DNA of 48,026 nt, from positions 1-48,026 of the forward strand of contig JASFYY010000085.1 of the NCBI GenBank assembly GCA_045046875.1, written 5' to 3'. Positions within the stretch are counted from its first letter, which is position 1; the number at the start of each line of letters is the position of its first letter. The position numbers and the translations under genes are program-made. Below the pieces are notes generated by a model. It was not told the DNA's origin. It saw nothing but the letters and a program-made list of their open reading frames with translations, and did no database searches. This document shows positions 1 through 8,630 of the stretch, piece by piece. This DNA comes from Verrucomicrobiota bacterium. Its GTDB lineage: Bacteria > Verrucomicrobiota > Verrucomicrobiia > Verrucomicrobiales > DEV007.

Positions 1-63
1 TTGGTTCGTGGTGCTTAGTTCTTAGTTTTCAGTGCTTCGTTTTTTGTGAGCACGGTTAATTTA

Positions 64-112
64 TAGCGCAACTCACTGACAGCCCTATGTCAGGAGACTT
101 GTGTTTTTTTCG
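64..112 (-). promoter_or_regulatory. Palindromic operator CTGACA-N6-TGTCAG (76-93) next to a -10-like TATAAA; probable WYL-regulator-controlled promoter for a gene beyond the left edge
   Basis: Palindrome read directly. A near-identical ~48-nt copy lies exactly 1800 nt away (1864-1910). The minus strand reads TGTCAG-N10-TATAAA. Confidence 0.65.
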
Positions 113-248
113 GGTAGTTGGGAATATTTAAAATTGTGGAAGTTAGGAAGGCTCGCGGGTGAGGGGCATAAGTTCTTATCGCTAAGCAGCTAAAGAAGTC
201 GCATTTTTTCCCAATAAAAATTACACTTCAGGATATTTTTTTAAATTG

Positions 249-394
249 AAGAATTAAACCACTGATTTCACAGCCGACTGAAAGGAGACAGCCGGAAATT
301 ATTACTTGAAGGCAAACTAGCACTGATAGGAAAGAAGAAATTAGTCGTAAATATTATACCCATCAGTGTTTATCAGTGTCGATCGGTGGTTAAA
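249..394. repeat. Inverted pair of dispersed 'aaccactgat / atcagtg...ggttaa' repeat units
   Basis: ttaaaccactgat at ~254-267 and cccatcagtgtttatcagtgtcgatcggtggttaaa at 359-394. Relatives at 1730-1764, 8943-8975, 19605-19634, 26497-26528, 30097-30125 and 31188-31219. Confidence 0.7.
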
Positions 395-493
395 TATTTT
401 TTGTTGAATAGTATGGATGCAAATACTTACGCAACGCTTAATAGGGCGGGTGGGGATACCCGCTCTACGGGCGTTTTTTTATCTTCACGCTTT

Positions 494-1678
494 TTACGGG
501 CTGAAAAGTTTTTTGATAGGACTTGCCAGTTTTTCAGGTGTGACCTTGGATACCCTGATATGCTGGCAGTTGTTGAATCTGGCAAAACGATGAACGGTTT
601 TGGCGAAGTGAGACATAAAATGATCAAGATCGATTGCCTTGGCCTCAAGGTGCATATGAATGAGTTCAAAATGGCCGGTTTTGCGGTGGGCTTTGCAATC
701 GACCCGGCCGAGCAAGCTATCTTGATAGAGGATGGGTAAGCAGAAATAACCAAACTGGCGTTTGGCTTTTGTGGTGTAACACTCCATCCGGTAGTCGAAT
801 GCAAATAATTGCTGCATGCGGTCCCGGTGAATGATGGCGTTATCGAAGGGGGACAAGAGGTGGACATTAGCCGTGGGGCGCTTTATTTTTCGCTCGAAAA
901 TATCTGGAGCGGCATAAACGGGAGGCATGCCAGCTATGGTGTATTTGTTTATCGATCCGTCTTCGATTTGTTGTTGTAACACTGTAGTGAGCGCCTGTCG
1001 CAGTGCGCGACCGGTTCTTAAATGGGTGAGTTGTCTGAGGCTGGTGAAACCATGGGCATTCAGCGAGGTGTTGATCAAGTATTCGGAAAACTCCTCCAGG
1101 GAGGGTTCGTGAGTATTGGTATCAGCGGGCAAAACTCTTTCTCTCAGGTCATACACTTTCTCCATGCCATCGCGACGGGTGATCATTAGATCGCCCTGCA
1201 TGAATAGCTTTACTAAGGCCCTCTTGGCGGGTTTCCAGTCCCACCATTTGCCGTTTTTGCCGGGGCTTGATTCAAAATGCCGGGCTTTCATCGGGCCTTC
1301 GCTACGAATGCGCGCAATGGCGTGAGACATATATTTCGCATCGGCATCAGCGTAATAAGGTGACTCGCCCCGTCTGATCGAGGCCATTTGTCGTAAGGCA
1401 AAACGATAATCTCGCATCGGCAGATAGGAGGCTGCGTGAAACCAATACTCAAAAGCCTGCCGTTCGTGAACTAACTGGTTCAGGTGATCCGGGTGGTAGT
1501 CGGGGATCCGGGTCCAGAGTGTGTGATGATGGGCGCGTTCAACCACCGACAGAGTATCGATCTGAATATATCCAAGGCGTTCCAAGGCACGCTGGGTTGC
1601 TTGAGATCCCTTGCCGAATGCTCGCGTGGTGCTAAGACCTTGATGAGATAGGGCGATACGGCGTAATTGTTGGAGCAT
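494..1678 (-). CDS. ycaQ: YcaQ/AlkZ-family (HTH_42) winged-helix DNA glycosylase, interstrand-crosslink repair
   Basis: QIDTLSVVERAHH (QxD catalytic motif), FEYWFHAASYLP, LLSPFDNAI, FDYRMECY, RQFGYFCLPILY, GRVDCKAHRK; 394 aa. Confidence 0.9.
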   Translation of the reverse strand: MLQQLRRIALSHQGLSTTRAFGKGSQATQRALERLGYIQIDTLSVVERAHHHTLWTRIPDYHPDHLNQLVHERQAFEYWFHAASYLPMRDYRFALRQMASIRRGESPYYADADAKYMSHAIARIRSEGPMKARHFESSPGKNGKWWDWKPAKRALVKLFMQGDLMITRRDGMEKVYDLRERVLPADTNTHEPSLEEFSEYLINTSLNAHGFTSLRQLTHLRTGRALRQALTTVLQQQIEDGSINKYTIAGMPPVYAAPDIFERKIKRPTANVHLLSPFDNAIIHRDRMQQLFAFDYRMECYTTKAKRQFGYFCLPILYQDSLLGRVDCKAHRKTGHFELIHMHLEAKAIDLDHFMSHFAKTVHRFARFNNCQHIRVSKVTPEKLASPIKKLFSP

Positions 1679-1729
1679 GATTTGGAGGTAGAGTTGTTAG
1701 AGTTAGCCGCTGGGCATGGCAAAAAGAAT

Positions 1730-1764
1730 TTTAACCACTGATTACACTGATAAACACTGATGGG
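1730..1764. repeat. Dispersed repeat unit, inverted relative to 359-394
   Basis: Reverse complement cccatcagtgtttatcagtgtaatcagtggttaaa is nearly identical to 359-394. Confidence 0.75.
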
Positions 1765-1859
1765 AGGAATGCGATGAGGCTTAAGAGATTGGTGATGATT
1801 TGACTCTGTTCGTCGGTCTTTGTTTTGTTGTGGCTGTAGTTTCATTTCTTGTGACTAAA

Positions 1860-1910
1860 ATGGTAGCGCAGCCTCCTGACACCCCTATGTCAGGAGGGTT
1901 TCGTTTTTTC
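1860..1910 (-). promoter_or_regulatory. Palindromic operator CCTCCTGACA-N6-TGTCAGGAGG (1872-1897) with -10 TACCAT; probable WYL-activated promoter upstream of ycaQ
   Basis: Perfect 10-bp arms. The minus strand reads TGTCAG-GAGGCTGCGC-TACCAT. Lies directly downstream of the WYL regulator gene. Confidence 0.7.
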
Positions 1911-1991
1911 AACTTTGTGCATTCTTGGCCGCCGAAGTCTGGACGGAGGAGGTTGGGTGAGACCTTTTTCTCTTTGGTTCAAAGTAGACTT

Positions 1992-2957
1992 TTAATCAGA
2001 ACCAGGATCGGGGTTTTGGTGGTGTTGCATGGTTTTTTCGGCGAGTGCGGCGAGTTTTTCGCGGAGGAGAGCGGGCTCGAGGATGCGGATTTGATCGGCC
2101 AAGCCCAGTAGCCAGGCGGCAATGTATCGCATATCTTCGCTGCCGTAGTTGAGCCGAACCCGGACCGTTTTGTCAGCAGTGGTTTGCTCGTCCATTAACA
2201 TGGGGCCCCAGAAACGGCGTGTGGTTTCGAGTAAATAGGCGGGCAGTTCGATCACCGCGACCCGATCGGGATCGGGGGCCATGCAGCGCTCGAAATATTC
2301 GCCGATATCAAAAGGGCGTGCAGCGGCCGTTTCGGGCAGGGCCTGGCATTGCTGAATACGATCAACCCGGAAGTCGCGGACGTCATCGCGCAGGCGGCAC
2401 CAGGCAAAGAGGTGCCAGTGATCCAGATAAAATACCAAGCCGAGCGGTTCGACGGTGCGTTGGGTTGTTTGATCGCGTGCCGCGCCATGATAGTGCAGGT
2501 GCAGCACCTGTTTTTGGGCAAGAGCCATCTGGATTTCACCGAGCGGCACGGTGTTTTTATTGGAGGAGCGGGTCTGCACCCGCATGGTTTTGCCCAGTCG
2601 TTCGATGCGATCCTGAAGATCCGAGGGCAGCACGGCGACGACCTTGCCCACCGCGGAGCGTGTGGCTTCGCGCATGGAGGCATCGGTCATGCTCTCGCTC
2701 AGCAGGCCACCGGTCACTAGCGCCAGAGCCTCATGCGGTGAAAACATCACCGGAGGCAGATGGTAGCTGCGCTTTGACAGGCTGTAACCCACGCCGGCCT
2801 CGCCAACAACCGGCACACCGGTTTCCGCCAAGGCAACAAGGTCGCGATAGACGGTGCGCTCAGTGATTCCAAAATGCTCGGCTAACTGGGCAGCAGTGAT
2901 CACACGGCGTGATTGCAGCAGCATCACCATGGCGAGCAGTCGATCGGTGCGGTTCAT
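1992..2957 (-). CDS. YafY-family transcriptional regulator (HTH_11 + WYL + WCX)
   Basis: MNRTDRLLAMVMLLQSRRVITAAQLAEHFGITERTVYRD N-terminal HTH; RTVEPLGLVFYLDHWHLFAWCRLRDDVRDFRVDRI WYL core. Confidence 0.95.
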   Translation of the reverse strand: MNRTDRLLAMVMLLQSRRVITAAQLAEHFGITERTVYRDLVALAETGVPVVGEAGVGYSLSKRSYHLPPVMFSPHEALALVTGGLLSESMTDASMREATRSAVGKVVAVLPSDLQDRIERLGKTMRVQTRSSNKNTVPLGEIQMALAQKQVLHLHYHGAARDQTTQRTVEPLGLVFYLDHWHLFAWCRLRDDVRDFRVDRIQQCQALPETAAARPFDIGEYFERCMAPDPDRVAVIELPAYLLETTRRFWGPMLMDEQTTADKTVRVRLNYGSEDMRYIAAWLLGLADQIRILEPALLREKLAALAEKTMQHHQNPDPGSD

Positions 2958-3514
2958 TCGTCTTCCTCCTCCGGGAGCAGATACTGATCGCCAAAGGGCA
3001 GCCAGGTATCTCTTTTGATTTCGGGGGCGTTGCTGCGCACGATGTTGAGCGTGGTTTGCAGCTCGACGACGGCGGTATTGATACGGGACTTGCTGATGTC
3101 CTCATCGGGGGAAATCGCGCGGCGCAGTTCGGCGCTGGTGTGGGGTTCGGCTTTGATCAAGGCAAACAGCTCGCGGGCGAGCGGTTTGCAGCTTGATACA
3201 GGGCGGTGATGTGCGGGGTAGTGTTCGTTTTGCAGATGATCCAGGCACATCAGCACGGCAAGCCCGCCTGGCAGTTTGCCGTAGAAAATCTCGTCGGGGA
3301 ACAGCGCGGGCAGCTCGTTTTTCCAGACCCAGATAGCTTCCACTTTTTTGCCCCAGCCTTTTTGGCCGGGTTGACGGCCTGGCAGATCGACGTTGTCCCA
3401 GAGGCTCGGCAGGGGTGAGCTATCAGAGCCAAAGATGAGGCAGGTTTTCACTTTCAAAACAAAGTCGTAAGCTTGTTCGAGAGTTTTAATTTTGGCAACG
3501 GCAGAGGCTTTCAT
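2954..3514 (-). CDS. Hypothetical protein, resembles small AlkZ-related winged-helix proteins; translationally coupled to the WYL gene
   Basis: PSLWD...IWVWKNELP...IFYGKL pattern and a C-terminal HTH-like segment (TSAELRRAI...RINTAVVELQ); 4-nt ATGA overlap with the WYL gene. Family assignment from memory of motifs only. Confidence 0.55.
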   Translation of the reverse strand: MKASAVAKIKTLEQAYDFVLKVKTCLIFGSDSSPLPSLWDNVDLPGRQPGQKGWGKKVEAIWVWKNELPALFPDEIFYGKLPGGLAVLMCLDHLQNEHYPAHHRPVSSCKPLARELFALIKAEPHTSAELRRAISPDEDISKSRINTAVVELQTTLNIVRSNAPEIKRDTWLPFGDQYLLPEEEDE

Positions 3515-3596
3515 GCGGGTGTTATTATGTCATTGGGAGTGGTTCAAACAAGCTGAAAATTATTGCTCTTTTTATGAAGATTTGCAAGGGTGTGGA

Positions 3597-4895
3597 ATGG
3601 AGATGGCTTTGAGTGAAAATGGTAGCAGGCGACCGACGCGGGAAATAATAAGGCATTTGATTTTGTCGGGTGTTTGTTTGTTGGCCTTGCTTAAGGCACA
3701 CTCGGTTTGGGCTGGTGAGGTAGATCCTAGCACGCTAACAGGCAAGGTGATGTGTGGTTACCAAGGTTGGTTTAATTGCAGCAATGATGGGGCGCAAATG
3801 GGGTGGAAACACTGGACGGTAGGAGTTGCTGAAGAGTTCAAGTCAGCAGAGCTGACTTTCGATTTATGGCCGGATATGTCGGAGTATGGGGAGGGGGAGC
3901 GTTTTGCCACAGGGCTCAAACAGGCTGACGGATCGGAGGCTGAGCTATTTAGCTCTTTCAAGCGGGCGACAGTGGTGAGGCATTTTGAATGGATGCGGGA
4001 TTATGAAATTGACGGGGTGTTTTTTCAGCGGTTTGCCAATGGTCTGAAAGCGGGGCGATTGAGGGATAATAAAGATGTTGTATTGGAAAATGTCCGCGTG
4101 GGTGCAAAATTATCCGATCGAGTGTACGCGGTGATGTATGATCTCAGTGGTTTGAAAAAAGGTGAGGTGATGAATGTGGCTGACGATTGGTTGCGCTTGC
4201 GGCGGGAAAAAAATATAACTGAAGACCATAACTACCTGAAACACAAAGGACGTCCTTTGGTGGGAATATGGGGAGTAGGTTTTAATGATGGACGCAAATA
4301 CTCTTTAGCAGATTGCCATGCCTTGATCACATTTTTTAAAGATAATGGCTGCTCTGTTTTGCTGGGAGTTCCGTCATGGTGGAGGACAGGGAAGCGTGAC
4401 GCCGTTGATGATCCGGAGTTGCTGCAAGTCATTCAACTGGCGGACGTAGTGAGTCCGTGGACGGTCGGTCGATACCGGACGCCGGAAGAGGCGAGGAATC
4501 ATGCAAAGAGCGTTTGGCGGCCTGATCTTGACTGGTGCCAAAAACAAAAAGTCGATTTTTTACCAGTCGTTTTCCCTGGTTTCAGTTGGAGCCATTTGAA
4601 AGGCGGAGGTGAGCAGTTGAATGCTATCCCGCGTTTAAAGGGGCAGTTTTTATGGTCCCAATTTGTCGCCGCCAAAAGAGTTGGTTGTGATATGGTTTAT
4701 GTCGGGATGTTCGATGAGGTGGATGAGGGCACGGCTATTTTTAAATGTAGCAATAACCCGCCAATTGGATCGAGTTTTGAATTTTCAGATATGGAAGGTC
4801 TGCCGAGTGATTTTTATTTAAAATTAACCGGATCTGGCGGGAGATTATTGAGAGGCGAGATCCCTGTTACTGATGAATTGCCTGAGTGGAAGTGA
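3597..4895 (+). CDS. Glycoside hydrolase family 71/99-like secreted protein
   Basis: GKVMCGYQGWF, DLWPDMSEY, HFEWMRDYEIDGVFFQRF, MFDEVDEGTAIFK; signal-peptide-like segment; start chosen at an internal ATG (3597 or 3603). Confidence 0.8.
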   Translation: MEMALSENGSRRPTREIIRHLILSGVCLLALLKAHSVWAGEVDPSTLTGKVMCGYQGWFNCSNDGAQMGWKHWTVGVAEEFKSAELTFDLWPDMSEYGEGERFATGLKQADGSEAELFSSFKRATVVRHFEWMRDYEIDGVFFQRFANGLKAGRLRDNKDVVLENVRVGAKLSDRVYAVMYDLSGLKKGEVMNVADDWLRLRREKNITEDHNYLKHKGRPLVGIWGVGFNDGRKYSLADCHALITFFKDNGCSVLLGVPSWWRTGKRDAVDDPELLQVIQLADVVSPWTVGRYRTPEEARNHAKSVWRPDLDWCQKQKVDFLPVVFPGFSWSHLKGGGEQLNAIPRLKGQFLWSQFVAAKRVGCDMVYVGMFDEVDEGTAIFKCSNNPPIGSSFEFSDMEGLPSDFYLKLTGSGGRLLRGEIPVTDELPEWK

Positions 4896-4968
4896 GGGGG
4901 GCGTGCCTTGCACCACCAGTATCACGGACAGTTAATTTAGAATCAATTTTTGCGGATGTTACGTTTGC

Positions 4969-7900
4969 TTGATATATACTTGTGCAATTCTGAACAATAT
5001 TGATATTTTGAGTTCCATTCTTCCCAAAATCAAATCACTGCTTGAAGGCAAAGATGCTGAGGGGCTAAAAGTCTATCTTGAGGGGCTAAAAGCGACTGAA
5101 AAAGGCCCAGCATTTGAGCTGTTCCTAGAACTGCTTTACAACGGCAATGGTTACACGGCGATAAGGCAAGGTGGCAGAGGCGATTTAGGCGCGGACATTC
5201 TTTTATATGATTCTGCAAAAGAAGGCATCTACTGCATTATTCAGGCGAAGAACCATTCCTCTCCACTGAATTTTGACGACACAGTAAGTGAACTCAATAA
5301 GTTTGAATCAAAAGCTTCTGAAAATTACGATTGCCGCGAGTTTGAAATTATCTCTATGAACGGCTTTGTGGCTGAAGCGGCTAAACTGGGGCGCTTCAGA
5401 TTGAATCTCAGGGATTGGAGTTATGTTGAGGGTTTGATCGAAACATATGATCCTGACAATAAGTCCCAGCCTGTCATCCGGCTGCATTCGCATAACCAAG
5501 AGACTTTTGACGCCGCGATAATATCACTAAATACAGGGAGCCGAGTTGCCTGTATTCAAGCGACAGGCACAGGGAAAAGTTACGTGATTGCGGAAACGAT
5601 GAACCAGTTCCCCAAGGAAAAGAAACTGGTTATCGCTCCGTCAAACTACATCCTAAAACAGCAAATGGGGGTTGCACGTTGGTTGAATCGTAGCACCAAA
5701 TACATGACGTATGCCGCGGCCAAAAACCTTACTGCTTCTGATATCGAAAAGATGAATCCGGCACTTATTGTTCTGGATGAATTTCACAGAACAGGGGCTG
5801 ATGTCTGGGGAGCTGGTGTTGAAAAAATACTAAAACAATGCCCAGATGCCAAAGTGCTGGGAACAACGGCAACACCAATTCGCCATCTCGATGGAGAACG
5901 GGATATGTCTGATGAGCTATTCGACGAAGAAGCCGTAAACCTCCCGTTGGCTGAGGCTATCCAACGCCGTATCTTGCCATCTCCAAACTATGTTTCCTCA
6001 CTCTACACACTTAATGAAGAAGCAAACAATCTGCTGGAGAACCTCGCCAAAAGCAGTCTGTCAGATGATGAAAAGAAAAAGCTTAAGGGCGACATAGAAC
6101 AAGAAACAATAAACTGGGAGAAGTCTTCCGGTGTCCCTGAAATTCTTAAGAAGTATCTCAGCAACAGTAAAACCAATAAGTTTATTGTGTTTTGCAAGGA
6201 CAAGAAACATCTGGACGAATTGGAAGATGAAGTTCGTAAGTGGATTCGCAAGACTGGTCTATTTGAAGATCGGGAAACTTATCGGGTTTATTCAGGATAC
6301 AGAAAAAGCGATGCGAACCTTGAAGAGTTCCTAGCGGCAAAAGACAAAAAGACGGCTCATATCCTAATGGCCATCGACATGCTCAACGAGGGTATACACG
6401 CTCCCGATGTTGGTGCTGTTTTATTATTTAGACCCACTGAATCTCCGCGCATTTTTTATCAGCAAATTGGTCGCTGTCTTCAAGTCGGAACAGACGCTGA
6501 GCCAATTATTTTTGATTTTGTAAACAATTTCCAATCTATTAGAGTTGGAGATTTTCTTAATGACTTGAACGAAGCGGGTGAAAAAGAGAGAAAGCTTCGT
6601 GACCAGTTTGGGTTAAGTGCAGATTATTTGCCGAAGATACTTGTTCATGATGAATGTCTGGAAATATTGGAAACGTTTAAGGGAATTGATGAAAGGCTTG
6701 GTAGCTGGGAGATTCAATTTCAAGAGTTGGTGAGCTATAAAGAGGAATATGGGGATTGTTTGGTTCCTGGTAGTTGGGAAAACAAACAGTTGGCAAACTG
6801 GGTAGTAAACCAGCGAACGATCAAGAAAAAGGAGAAGCTTGATGGAGATAGAATCAAACGGCTAGATGAGCTGGGGTTTGCATGGGATACAATCGAGCTA
6901 GCGTGGGAGATTCGATTCAAAGAGTTGGTGGACTATAAAGAGGGGTATGGTGATTGCTTAGTGCCCCATTTCTGGAAAGAAAACCAGCAGTTGGGGAAAT
7001 GGGTCGCCAAACAGAGGGTAACCAGGAAAATAGGTAAGCTTGATGGGGATAAAATCAAGCAACTGGATGAGCTGGGGTTTGAGTGGGATTTGCTCCAACA
7101 AGCGTGGGAGATTCGGTTTCAAGAGTTGGTGAGCTACAAAGAGCAGAATGGTGATTGCTTAGTGCCCCATTTCTGGAAAGAAAACCAGCAGTTGGGAAAA
7201 TGGGTCGCCAAACAGAGGGCGAAAAGAAAAACGGGCAAGCTTGATGACGATAGAATCAAGCGGCTGAATGAAATCAGCTTTGCTTGGGATGGCATCAAGG
7301 AATATTGGGAACAGCTATTTCAAGAGTTAGCGGCCTATAAAGGTGAATATGGAGATTGCTTGGTTTTAAAAGGTTGGAAAAACAAACAATTGGCATCGTG
7401 GGTTAACAGACTTAGAGATTTTAATAAAAGGGGCAAGCTTGATGGCGATAAAATCAAGCGACTGGATGAGCTAGGGTTTGTCTGGGAGCCTGACAAACTA
7501 GCATGGAAAATTCGATTCCAAGAGTTAGGGGCCTATAAAGAGGAGCATGGCGATTGCTTAGTGCCGGCTCGTTGGGCAGAAAACAAACAATTGGCATCGT
7601 GGGTCAGTGTTCAGCGAACGATCAAGATAAAGGGAAATCTTGACGGTGATAAAATCAAACGGATGGATGAGCTTGGGTTTGTATGGGAGCCTAACGAAAA
7701 AGCATGGGATATTCGACTCCAAGAGTTGGTGAACTACAAAGAGGAGCATGGCGACTGCCTGGTTCCTCAACGTTGGGCAGAAAACAAACCACTGGCAACG
7801 TGGGTCGGCTCACAGCGAACTATCAAGAAAAAAGGGAAGCTTGATGGTGATAAAATCAAACGACTGGGTGAGCTTGGGTTTGTATGGGAACCCGACAAAC

Positions 7901-8100
7901 AAGCGTGGGAGGTTCGACTCCAAGAGTTGGTGCGCTACAAAGAGGAACATGGTAATTGTTTGGTTCCTGGTAGTTGGAAAAACAAATTATTGGTAACGTG
8001 GGTTAGCAATCAGCGAGCCTTCATGAAGAAGGGCAAACTTGGTGCGTTAAGAATCAAACGATTGGAGGAAATTGGGTTTGCCTGGGATGCTAAAAAATAG
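4969..8100 (+). CDS. Mrr-like restriction endonuclease + SF2 (DEAD/DEAH, ResIII-like) helicase + 7 helicase-associated (HA, PF03457) repeats
   Basis: GDLGADIL...IQAKN (PD-(D/E/Q)xK), QATGTGKS, LDEFHR, TATP, DMLNEG, QQIGR; seven WxxxFxEL..YK...GDCLVP...L..WV..QR...KL...IKRL.ELGF.W units. Start codon uncertain (TTG at 4969 or 5008). Confidence 0.9.
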   Translation: MIYTCAILNNIDILSSILPKIKSLLEGKDAEGLKVYLEGLKATEKGPAFELFLELLYNGNGYTAIRQGGRGDLGADILLYDSAKEGIYCIIQAKNHSSPLNFDDTVSELNKFESKASENYDCREFEIISMNGFVAEAAKLGRFRLNLRDWSYVEGLIETYDPDNKSQPVIRLHSHNQETFDAAIISLNTGSRVACIQATGTGKSYVIAETMNQFPKEKKLVIAPSNYILKQQMGVARWLNRSTKYMTYAAAKNLTASDIEKMNPALIVLDEFHRTGADVWGAGVEKILKQCPDAKVLGTTATPIRHLDGERDMSDELFDEEAVNLPLAEAIQRRILPSPNYVSSLYTLNEEANNLLENLAKSSLSDDEKKKLKGDIEQETINWEKSSGVPEILKKYLSNSKTNKFIVFCKDKKHLDELEDEVRKWIRKTGLFEDRETYRVYSGYRKSDANLEEFLAAKDKKTAHILMAIDMLNEGIHAPDVGAVLLFRPTESPRIFYQQIGRCLQVGTDAEPIIFDFVNNFQSIRVGDFLNDLNEAGEKERKLRDQFGLSADYLPKILVHDECLEILETFKGIDERLGSWEIQFQELVSYKEEYGDCLVPGSWENKQLANWVVNQRTIKKKEKLDGDRIKRLDELGFAWDTIELAWEIRFKELVDYKEGYGDCLVPHFWKENQQLGKWVAKQRVTRKIGKLDGDKIKQLDELGFEWDLLQQAWEIRFQELVSYKEQNGDCLVPHFWKENQQLGKWVAKQRAKRKTGKLDDDRIKRLNEISFAWDGIKEYWEQLFQELAAYKGEYGDCLVLKGWKNKQLASWVNRLRDFNKRGKLDGDKIKRLDELGFVWEPDKLAWKIRFQELGAYKEEHGDCLVPARWAENKQLASWVSVQRTIKIKGNLDGDKIKRMDELGFVWEPNEKAWDIRLQELVNYKEEHGDCLVPQRWAENKPLATWVGSQRTIKKKGKLDGDKIKRLGELGFVWEPDKQAWEVRLQELVRYKEEHGNCLVPGSWKNKLLVTWVSNQRAFMKKGKLGALRIKRLEEIGFAWDAKK
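6706..8090 (+). repeat. Intragenic tandem array of seven ~198-201-nt HA-domain units
   Basis: Repeats visible in protein and DNA; 6947-7018 vs 7148-7219 differ at 1 of 72 nt. Confidence 0.95.
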
Positions 8101-8120
8101 CCACACCCAATTTGACGGGC

Positions 8121-8144
8121 AAGCTGAGGTTGATGCCTCAGCTT
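8121..8144 (+). terminator. Hairpin after the helicase stop (possible terminator, no U-tail)
   Basis: aagctgagg-ttgatg-cctcagctt 9-bp stem, 20 nt after TAG. Confidence 0.4.
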
Positions 8145-8228
8145 ACGCAGACGGAAGCAGAAAAACAGATGCCGACAAGTGGGGAGTAATGGTGTGATCC
8201 AATATCAAAGGAAATAATGATGGTGGTG

Positions 8229-8630
8229 TCATTGTAAAATCTCCAGAGAATCACATACGATTTCCCATTCTTCGGATTTACCAGTTCCATGTAATAGATC
8301 GTTTACAAACTCTTCAAATTCGGAAAAAGGTTGCCAATCAGAATAACCTTCAATGAAATGAAACGTGGAGAAAAAGTCATTTCCCGTGGAGACAATAATT
8401 TTTTGCAAAGAAGCTGAAAATTGATCACTGGTTATATCTACATGCCAGTTGTTATCAATTTTAAGCCACACATGGCCTATTCCCTCATCATTAGAGTTGT
8501 TCAATGGAGTAGCCAGTATTTGATCAGCAGTGCATATGGAGCCATTTCCAATGAACACGTTCATGCGGTAATGATCGTATAATAATACGTAAGACAAATA
8601 TCATAACAACCCAGGACAAATTTTGGTATA
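8229..8630 (-). pseudogene. Probable truncated/frameshifted papain/transglutaminase-like (Cys-His-Asp) hypothetical protein
   Basis: GHVWL...VDITSDQF His/Asp motif in the 8229-8597 ORF; a Cys-containing segment (PKFVLGCYDI) lies just upstream in another frame. Confidence 0.35.

Noticed and set aside
1480..1845. 121-aa ORF starting just after the WYL promoter
   Set aside because: Runs through a repeat and out of frame into ycaQ with non-protein-like composition; at most a leader or remnant
6706..8090. HA array as a CRISPR or DGR template/variable repeat
   Set aside because: Units are in-frame protein domains, differences are not adenine-restricted, and no reverse transcriptase is in the window
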